This document shows positions 29,251 to 37,122 of a DNA stretch of 64,000 nucleotides, in pieces. Position numbers and translations under genes: made by a program. This DNA is from an uncultured Candidatus Entotheonella sp. (lineage in GTDB: Bacteria > Tectomicrobia > Entotheonellia > Entotheonellales > Entotheonellaceae), in contig CBDCDA010000002.1 in the NCBI GenBank assembly GCA_965215335.1, positions 960,001 through 1,024,000 on the forward strand. The letters run 5' to 3'. How positions within the stretch are numbered: position 1 is the stretch's first letter; each line of letters begins with the position of its first letter. Under the pieces are notes generated by a model, which ran no database searches, was not told where the DNA came from, and saw only the letters and a list, made by a program, of their open reading frames with translations.

Positions 29251-29847
29251 CTATTCCTGCCAGCCGGCTGAGCAGATACCGCTTCTATTGCGTCCAAACT
29301 GCTGGCGGTTGTTTGTCGGCGGCGTTCCATTTCGCCGTTGGAATGCTTTATGAATCCAGTCGCGGATGGCACGGGCCGCCTGGTCGACCCGCCACGCAGG
29401 GCTCCATTGGTCGATGGCCAGCGGCCACTCGTAAACGACTGCATAGGGATCAAACCCTGCACAGTTATCCGCCAGTCTTGGTGGTATCAGACGACGATTA
29501 CATTGCGTTGTGAAATGATTCGGATGGTTTGGGAGCAGGATGCCCAACAGACCGCATCGGGAATTCTTCTTGGTATCCCGCAGGCTGGAACCTATCTCCC
29601 AGTCCACGTGCTTTCGCTGCCACGTGCAGGGGCCGATCAATACCACCGTCACGGTTGCGTCGGCGATGAACTCGTCGCGGATTCTCTGACGAATCGTCCC
29701 CGTTTTGAGGTTGGCGTCATCTATGTCCCCGTCTTCTACCGACTTATCCACAATATCGTCTCCCATCATGTGGACGAATAAATCCTTGTATGTCTGATCC
29801 TCATGGTGGAAGCTGACGAATACCTTATGTCTGTCTGCTTGGGCCAT
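29251..29847 (-). CDS. Thoeris ThsB-like TIR-domain protein
   Basis: HKVFVSFHH; ATVTVVLIG..TWQRKHVDWEI with the catalytic Glu. Confidence 0.88.
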   Translation of the reverse strand: MAQADRHKVFVSFHHEDQTYKDLFVHMMGDDIVDKSVEDGDIDDANLKTGTIRQRIRDEFIADATVTVVLIGPCTWQRKHVDWEIGSSLRDTKKNSRCGLLGILLPNHPNHFTTQCNRRLIPPRLADNCAGFDPYAVVYEWPLAIDQWSPAWRVDQAARAIRDWIHKAFQRRNGTPPTNNRQQFGRNRSGICSAGWQE

Positions 29848-29956
29848 TGCCGCCCTCCTACATTTGCTCCAGGTCGGTCATCAAATCCTCCACGCCAGCG
29901 ATCTCTGCCAGCAGTCGGTTGTAGGGGGATATGAGGCTACTCAATCTTGAATTGCT

Positions 29957-30286
29957 CTAGAGGTACTCTACGTGACCCATCATCTCTTCCGCTTCCAATA
30001 CCTGATGGATCAACATCAAACCAGAAATGATCTTGCCAACCGTATTTTCCTGAGTTGTGCAAACAATCCCTCCGTGGCCCGCACCTACTGCTGCCAGACG
30101 GAGAAAATCATCATCCTGAGTGAAGATGACGCGTCCTTCTCCTTTCGCCCTTCTCAAATGTTCTTCGTCAGACGCTCCCCGCGTTCCCGCTTCTGGAACA
30201 GTCAATACATCCACACCCCTTCGACGTAGACCCATCACAACGGCTTTTGAGACATGCTCATCCGTGTAGAACTTAATCTTCGCCAT
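29957..30286 (-). CDS. DUF5615 PIN-like toxin
   Basis: Motifs FYTDEHV, GASDEEHL and FTQDDDF. Confidence 0.85.
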   Translation of the reverse strand: MAKIKFYTDEHVSKAVVMGLRRRGVDVLTVPEAGTRGASDEEHLRRAKGEGRVIFTQDDDFLRLAAVGAGHGGIVCTTQENTVGKIISGLMLIHQVLEAEEMMGHVEYL

Positions 30287-30596
30287 CCTGCTTCTGTTCT
30301 TGAAGCTTTTCAGGAAGTTTCGAAAAGGTCTGCTGGCGTAAGGCTTTCACAAAGGCTTTGCGTTCTTCAAGCGCCTGGTCGATCTCAGTCCGGTGATCGA
30401 AATAGTAGGCCAATGCCGCATACACGTCCGCCAGGGTCAGGTCGTACTCGGTGGCGATCTCATCGGCGCTCTTGCCTATGCGCTCGTGCCAGACGACGAT
30501 GTTCTCCACGGTAATTCGATGTCCGGCAACGCGAGGCTTGCCGCTTGATATGCCAAGGGTAATCTCGATATGTTGATTCAAAGTTTCCGTTGCCAT
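30273..30596 (-). CDS. DUF433 antitoxin
   Basis: Motifs GKPRVAGHRITV and LTLADVYAALAYY. Confidence 0.9.
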   Translation of the reverse strand: MATETLNQHIEITLGISSGKPRVAGHRITVENIVVWHERIGKSADEIATEYDLTLADVYAALAYYFDHRTEIDQALEERKAFVKALRQQTFSKLPEKLQEQKQDGED

Positions 30597-30649
30597 CTGA
30601 ATTTCCTTTTGGAATGAGATTTGAGGTGGGCAATGCTGAACATCATGCC

Positions 30650-30812
30650 GCCTCGGTTCGTTCGTTCAAAACGATTGTCATCGTCAATGTCCCCGTCACC
30701 GACTGATTCGTCTACGATGTCGTTCCCCATCATCACGAACGAAGCGCTCCTTGTATGCTTGGTTTTGGTGATGGAAGCTGATGAACACCCTGTGTCTTGG
30801 AGTTTGATACAT
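30650..30812 (-). pseudogene. Degenerate 5' fragment of a second ThsB-like TIR gene
   Basis: MYQTPRHRVFISFHHQNQAYKERFVR(fs)MMGNDIVDESVGDGDIDDD. Confidence 0.8.
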
Positions 30813-30814
30813 GG

Positions 30815-31297
30815 TTACACTCCCCCAGGTCCTTCCAGGTCTGTGAGATCTTCCACGTCGGCGATGTCCGCCAGCAATCGGTTGTAGTTGCGCAAGTCCT
30901 CCTGCAAGGCGCTCAGTTCCGCACGGAATTCGCTTCGTCCGGCCACATCATCAAATGCGCCGGACAACGACGCCGTGTGCCACTTCGCGGTGAATGGCCG
31001 AACGATCTGGTTCAGGACGGGAATCGCAACCGTGCTGAATCGAATCGTCTTCCGACCATGCCGCCGAAGAATCTCCCGGGTGGCCGGGAAGAGGGAATAG
31101 ACGCTGTCCGGAGCCGTCTTCTCGTCGCCTGCGTCGGCTGGCAGCGGTCGGGTAACGATGCGTGTCAGCATCTCGACGTACAACTCCCACGCGGCGTCCT
31201 GGTCGTCCGGTTGGAAGTCAATTTCCAGGCTGAGCCAGCGTGGACCAAGCTTGACTTTACCCAGATGGAAATTCTTGAACTTTTCACCCAGATTCAT
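30815..31297 (-). CDS. Hypothetical helical protein (160 aa), positioned as a TIR partner
   Basis: AAWELYVEMLTR...VLNQIVRPFTAKWH; its 3' end is duplicated at 29858-29925. Confidence 0.75.
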   Translation of the reverse strand: MNLGEKFKNFHLGKVKLGPRWLSLEIDFQPDDQDAAWELYVEMLTRIVTRPLPADAGDEKTAPDSVYSLFPATREILRRHGRKTIRFSTVAIPVLNQIVRPFTAKWHTASLSGAFDDVAGRSEFRAELSALQEDLRNYNRLLADIADVEDLTDLEGPGGV

Positions 31298-31489
31298 CCC
31301 GAGCCCTCCGATAATTCCGTATCCAACTCCGCCTCTCCAGCAGCGGAATGGCCCCACGCTGTCCTTCGGCAACACGGACGTCGACCGGGCCCTGAAAACG
31401 CTCTTGACACTACCCGGCCGTATCAGGCTCCTGAGTGCGAGAAACCTCCGGGGGATTCACCTGACCATCAAGGCCGCAGAGATGCGCGG

Positions 31490-32257
31490 TCAGGCTGCAA
31501 ACCGGCGAATATCCTCAGCGCCCTTTTCCTTGAAGTCGCCCAGAATCGGGTACTGGGTGTCGGCGTTCCGGGTGAGATAGAGGCGTTCCTTCTTTCCCAA
31601 AGCCTCCATATCCTCGTGAACGATAAGGCTGATAAATGGCGGTGCCGTCTTCTGGAATTCGAGCAGAGAAATGGCCACACTCTTGGCCTTATCGTTGCCG
31701 CGCACACCGAAGACATAGAAGTTGCGGCTGTTGTGGGTCAATTGCCAGTCCACGCTGATGATGGGGTAGTCAGCCATTGGGGACTGATCTGCCTTTGGGG
31801 AAAACGCGCTCATCTCGGATGTGATGTAATCGTGCAAGTCGTCATAGAAGGTGCTGCGAATGACCTCCCGGTTCCAATACCGCATGTTGCACACCTTTTG
31901 TGCACAACCCACGAACTGGAGCATGCTTTCGTAGAGCCTGCTGACGGGCGTATCCAGATAGAGATTCCCGTCGTCGTTGCTTACCCCGTTGTTGGCGAGA
32001 ATGCTGTCGAGCAGTTGCTGACGAGTGGATGTGGATACGTCAAACGTGTAAGAGAGGCGCATCAGGGTCATCCCGAAATCGCAGATTCGGGCATGCCCCT
32101 CGCCCTTGGGGCTGTCCTGAAGATAGACATCGACCATATCCCCATCTTCGTGGCAAATGGGAATGATGAGCTGGTAGTTGCCGGGACGCCGTTCGTAAAC
32201 GTCAAAGCCCGCCACCAGCCGCTGTTGCAACGCCTGTGTGATGCTTTCAAGGTCCAT
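31490..32257 (-). CDS. DUF1828-like protein
   Basis: PICHEDGDMVDVYL..ICDFGMTLMRLSY. Confidence 0.7.
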   Translation of the reverse strand: MDLESITQALQQRLVAGFDVYERRPGNYQLIIPICHEDGDMVDVYLQDSPKGEGHARICDFGMTLMRLSYTFDVSTSTRQQLLDSILANNGVSNDDGNLYLDTPVSRLYESMLQFVGCAQKVCNMRYWNREVIRSTFYDDLHDYITSEMSAFSPKADQSPMADYPIISVDWQLTHNSRNFYVFGVRGNDKAKSVAISLLEFQKTAPPFISLIVHEDMEALGKKERLYLTRNADTQYPILGDFKEKGAEDIRRFAA

Positions 32258-32745
32258 TGAACAGCTCCAGTTGCCGTAATTCCCCAAAATAGTCCAAATA
32301 GTTTGAAGTGGCGATGTCCTTGAAGAAAACCCAGAGCGCCTGTTCATACGTGCCATACCGGTCCGTGATTGCCCGATGCCGTTCCTGCGGTTCTCTGTTC
32401 CCCTCCGTCAACTCTTCTGGCCGTGACACGATGAATGTGCGGCTTTCCGAAATGACCGTCCGGCCCGCGGCTGGTTTCGCCGTGCGGTCCATTGTAGCGA
32501 ACCAGCGTAACCGTTCCCAACATTCGCTCGTTGGTTTTGTAGCGTAGACCGATGGAGAAATTTTCAATGAATACGTCATGCTGCCGAATGAAGACCGTGA
32601 ATTTTATGTCGGAGCTTGAGCCAGCTGTTAACTCAAGTTCGCAACGCCTGTTGCGATTCTCACTCCTGTAACCGACGGAGGGCGTCTTTGAGACGATGTC
32701 CTTGGGAAGCCCAATCAGCCGTTCAATTTCGTGGTCAGTAAGCAA
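32247..32745 (-). pseudogene. Partner of the DUF1828 gene (DUF6978-like), frameshifted near 32422
   Basis: LVRYNGPHG..PHIHRVT continues in another frame as PEELTEGNREPQERH...LFNGP*. Confidence 0.7.
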
Positions 32746-32894
32746 GACGTGTGCTCCAGGTATCTGGCGGTACCATACAGGTTCCGTGAATAGTTTACTC
32801 CCCAAGTGCCCTTCAGTCGCGTGGAACAAACAGGATGAGGTAGGGCTGATACCGGTATTTACACAGGCGGGCAGGTTGTTTCAGAGCCGCTTCA

Positions 32895-33634
32895 TCACGC
32901 CTCAGTCTCTTCGTTGAGGATGGAAAGGTACCGATCATAGACAAACAGCCGGTTACGGGGCTTGCCGGTCAGTTCGCGCGCGATCCCTTGAGTAACCAGC
33001 AACTGCATCGCCGCAGTGGCGGTCGGGAAGGCCAGGGTCCGTGCAGGCGCTGATGGCGGACAGGGACAGGACCGGCCTGCAAAGCCTCGTGTACGCGCAG
33101 GGCGGACCCGGCGCGGCGGCCCGCCTGGCGTTCGATGGTGGCGCGGTCCGACGCGAACAGTTCCGCCATGCGGCGGGACACGGCAACCGCGCTCTCGGCC
33201 GTTGCCTGCACGCCTTCAAGGTAGAAGACAAGCCATGCCTCCCAGTCACCCGTGCGGCGCACGTCATTCAACAGGTCATAGTAATCCGCTCCGGTGCTGC
33301 TTGAGGTAATAAAGGCTCAGGTACAGGAACGGCTGGCGCAGCACGCCTGTGTGGCAGAGCATGAGCGTAATGAGCAGGCGCCCGATTCGTCCGTTGCCTC
33401 CAGGAAGGGACGGGAGGAGAGCACCGCCTCCTTGCGCACGCAGGTGTATAGAAACAGCGCCTCGTCCGTCAGCAGCATCGGGATGGCGTCCAGCCGCCCG
33501 AGGGCAAGCGCCGCCGCTTCGAGCCGCTTCTGCAACGGTCCGTCCAGCACCAAGGCGGGGACCGGCGGCAGCGGCACAAAGGCGCGAACGTGCTCACCCC
33601 CAACGCTCGTCCTCTCGATTTCCCCGCGCTGCAT
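32895..33634 (-). pseudogene. Fic-family protein remnant
   Basis: AFVPLPP and RKEAVLSS, then a deletion into PFL(fs)GNGRIGRLLI; C-terminus RELTGKPRNRLFVY. Confidence 0.85.
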
Positions 33635-33757
33635 GCCAGCATGCCTTATGCAAATTCCCTTGATAATGGGCAAGATAATTAAAACTTGACGCTGAAATTT
33701 TAACGAAATCGCTATCGCAATAACAATTCCAAAACAATCGCGCGGCGCGGGAGTTGG

Positions 33758-35761
33758 TCAAAGGGGATCTGGGCCGCCTTCGCTTGCGCCAACGATGTCA
33801 CCGAGCAGCCCCTCGGTTTCCTGCTCCATCGCCAGGATGTCGGCGCGGATGTCCGCCAGCGTGCGCATCGGCTGCGGCTTGTAGAAGTAGCGGGTGAAGC
33901 TGATCTCGTAGCCGACCTTGACGCTGTCGGGCGGATACCAGGCGTCCGGCGCGTAGGGCAGCACCTCGCGGCACAGGAAGGCATCGATGCCGCCCGGCTC
34001 CTGCAGCGGGACCTGCTCGGTGTCGCGCAGGTCGGGGTCCGGTTCGTACGCCACCACCACGGGCGCGCCGTTGAGGGTTGTCTCGAACAGGCCGCGTAGC
34101 GGGTCGGCCGGCGTGCCGCGCCTGTGAATCTTCCTGATGACCGGCGGCGCGTCCTCGCGGCGCTCGCCGCTCTCTTTGAGCGCCTTGACCTCGGCGGTCT
34201 TGTAGGCGCGGTTGGAGTCGATGCCGGCGAGGCGCAGCGGCCGTTCGACCGTCACCTTCCAGTAGCCGAATGCGGCGTTGTCGAAGATCCTGCTCTGCTC
34301 GCTTTCCTCGAATGCCAGGAACGTGTCGCAGATGCGGGCGATGTCGTCGCCGCCGAGCTCGCAGTTCTTCTTGCCCAGGTTCTTGCGCAGGGGTCGGTAC
34401 CACTGGGTGGCGTCGATCAGTTGCACCTTGCCGCGGCGGTGCGCCGGCTTGTGGTTGGTGAGTACCCAGACGTAGGTGGCGATGCCGGTGTTGTAAAACA
34501 GGTTGAGCGGCAGGGCGACGATGGCCTCCAGCCAGTCGTTCTCGATGATCCAGCGGCGGATGTTGCTCTCGCCCTGGCCGGCGTCGCCGGTGAACAGGGA
34601 ACTGCCGTTGTGCACCTCGGCGATGCGGCTGCCGAGCGGCGTGTGCCGCTTCATCTTGGCCAGCTTGTTGGCGAGGAAGAGCAGCTGGCCGTCACTGGAG
34701 CGGGTGACCAGCGAGTACTCGGGGTCGCCGCCGTGCTCGATCACGAAGCGCGGGTCGCGCATGTCCTTCTTGCCGCCCATGCGTTCCAGGTCGGTCTTCC
34801 AGCTCTTGCCATAGGGCGGGTTGGAGAGCATGAAGTCGAACTCGCGGGCGGGAAAGGCGTCGTTGGCCAGGGTGGAGTGCGCCGGCCCGCCGACGATGTT
34901 GTCGGCGGCTTCGCCCTCGCCCTTGAGCAGCAGGTCGGCCTTGCAGATGGCGTAGGTTTCGGCGTTGATCTCCTGGCCGTAGAGGTGAGTGGAGACGTCC
35001 TTGCCGTGCTCGGCGGCGAGTTGCCGCAGGGTGTCCTCGGCCACGGTGAGCATGCCGCCGGTGCCGCAGGCGCCGTCGTAGAGCAGGTAGGTGCCGGACT
35101 TGATGTCGTCGGCGATGGGCAGGAAGACGAGCCGGGCCATGAGTCGCACGGCGTCGCGCGGCGTCCAGTGCTCGCCGGCCTCCTCGTTGTTGTCCTCATT
35201 GAAGCGGCGCACCAGCTCTTCGAAGATCGAACCCATGCCGTGGTTGTCGAGGCCGAGGTACCGCACCGAGCCGTCGGCGTTCAGGACCGGCGCCGGGCTC
35301 AGGTTGATGTCAGCGGAAGTCAGCTTCTCGATCAGGGTGCCCAGGGCATCGGCCCTGGACAGGCGCGGCAGTTGGTTGCGGAACTCGAAGTTGTCGAGGA
35401 TGTCCTGGACGTTGGGCGAGAAGCCGTCGAGATAGGCTTCGAAGTCGGCGGTCAACTGCTGGCTGCCGGCCCGCGCCCGCAGGTCGCGCAGGGTGAACGG
35501 AGAGGTGTTGTAGAAGGCTTGGCCGGCGGCCTGGCGCAGGGCCGCGTCCTGCTCGACCACGCCGGCGGCGTCCAGGGTGGCCTTCATGTCGAGGACGGCC
35601 TGCTTGCTGTCTTCCAGCACCGCGTCGAGGCGGCGCAGCACGGTCATCGGCAGGATGACGTCGCGGTACTTGCCGCGCACGTAGAGGTCGCGCAGGACGT
35701 CGTCGGCGATGCCCCAGATGTAGTTCGTGATCCAGTTCAGGTCTCCGTTGTTCAGCATCAT
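33758..35761 (-). CDS. hsdM: Type I methyltransferase subunit M
   Basis: Motifs AGEHWTPR, YDGACGTGGML and SNPPYG. Confidence 0.95.
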   Translation of the reverse strand: MMLNNGDLNWITNYIWGIADDVLRDLYVRGKYRDVILPMTVLRRLDAVLEDSKQAVLDMKATLDAAGVVEQDAALRQAAGQAFYNTSPFTLRDLRARAGSQQLTADFEAYLDGFSPNVQDILDNFEFRNQLPRLSRADALGTLIEKLTSADINLSPAPVLNADGSVRYLGLDNHGMGSIFEELVRRFNEDNNEEAGEHWTPRDAVRLMARLVFLPIADDIKSGTYLLYDGACGTGGMLTVAEDTLRQLAAEHGKDVSTHLYGQEINAETYAICKADLLLKGEGEAADNIVGGPAHSTLANDAFPAREFDFMLSNPPYGKSWKTDLERMGGKKDMRDPRFVIEHGGDPEYSLVTRSSDGQLLFLANKLAKMKRHTPLGSRIAEVHNGSSLFTGDAGQGESNIRRWIIENDWLEAIVALPLNLFYNTGIATYVWVLTNHKPAHRRGKVQLIDATQWYRPLRKNLGKKNCELGGDDIARICDTFLAFEESEQSRIFDNAAFGYWKVTVERPLRLAGIDSNRAYKTAEVKALKESGERREDAPPVIRKIHRRGTPADPLRGLFETTLNGAPVVVAYEPDPDLRDTEQVPLQEPGGIDAFLCREVLPYAPDAWYPPDSVKVGYEISFTRYFYKPQPMRTLADIRADILAMEQETEGLLGDIVGASEGGPDPL

Positions 35762-36018
35762 CTACCTCTGTCTTGTTCCTGCGCCTCGGCGACGAGTCGA
35801 TCCAGGACGGCTTCCCTTTCCGCGTCAATGGCAGCCTTGTAATTCGTCACGTCTTCCATGAGGACGCGCCGGTGCCTGCCGACCTTGCGGTGCGGGATTT
35901 TTTCCTGATCCAGCAGCTTGATCAGAAAAGGCCTGGAGACGTTCAGAACCTCTGCGGCCTGAACCGTGGTCAGTTCGGCGTTCTGGGTGATGATCGTCAC
36001 GCCCCGCCCGGCGGCCAC
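35758..36018 (-). pseudogene. Excisionase-like HTH protein (antitoxin type); N-terminus missing
   Basis: ELTTVQAAEVLNVSRPFLIKLL..KVGRHRRV; no PIN partner follows. Confidence 0.7.
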
Positions 36019-36424
36019 TGGCGATTATTCGCAACAAATGCAATGGACGAATCCCGCAGCCTCTGTCATGGGGCTGACCGAGGCTGGGCTTCCAGGCGCT
36101 GAGGGCGCACCTGTCAAGCCTTCCGGAGAGCATGGCCCGGCACCACGCAATGAGCGAGAGAAGCTTCCGTGCAAGCTTGACCCGTGAACTGGAGAAACGC
36201 CGTGACACCTCTCGAAGTTGCCTACGCCGCCCATGCGCCCAGGTCGGAGCCAAGCCGCCTTGTCCTCGCGTCCGACAGCGCCGCGGTCTGGGAACGCGCG
36301 TGGAAGGACGAAACGTGGTGGCGAGACGGAGAACACACCGGCGGGCTGTCGTGACCGCCCGGCGCTCTTGCCCCGATTGATGGAGGCCCCGCCATGTCGC
36401 CCCTGCTCGGCCCGCCCTTCCCCT

Positions 36425-36600
36425 GGGCCTGAGGCAGGTCATCCGGGAAGGCTTGTTGGTTGACGCGGGTGTTTGGGGTCGAGCGTGGCCCGACCGCCCA
36501 AGGAGGGCGACGCGAAGGCCGGGTCAAAGGAGCGAGACGGGGCGGGGCGCAAGCGTGGTGCGACCGTCAGGGAGCACGACGCGCAGCACCTCATTCCAAA
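36425..36600 (-). repeat. ~175-bp dispersed repeat, copy 2 (upstream of the type I RM locus)
   Basis: Reverse complement matches 12942-13116. Confidence 0.9.
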
Positions 36601-37122
36601 TCAAACCGAAAGTGTGGCTGGTAACCCCACATGAAAAGCCTGATCGCTTTACCCTTCCCGTTTCGGGGCCTCCATATCAGAAACGTGTCAACCCAAGCGA
36701 GAAAACTGTCTTCGGTTACAGCACGGGCTACGGCCCCAGCAACATATTAACGGGCCATCACGATGACTCCTGTCTCCATTCGGCTTGGCAAGGTAGGGGG
36801 AAGACCTCGCTTGCCCCACGATTTACCACCCGCGGCAAGCCCGCTCCTGGAGCAGGTTGCGCCATCTTCTTTACCAACACACTGGAATTTGTCTTTTTGC
36901 GCGTCGGATTTGGTCGAGTCGGGATGGGACATTGGATCGTGGCAGGGAAAACCCAAAGACGCTGGCCACCCATTCTGTAATCACCTGCGGACCCACAAAG
37001 AGGAGTGGACGGTGAACCATCCTCTATGAATGGTCCACCCTGATGTTGTGTGATGAGCACGGAGTGGTCCAATCCGAGCGGCGCGATAACTTTCTTCTCA
37101 TAGCTGAAGTCACCTGTCATCT

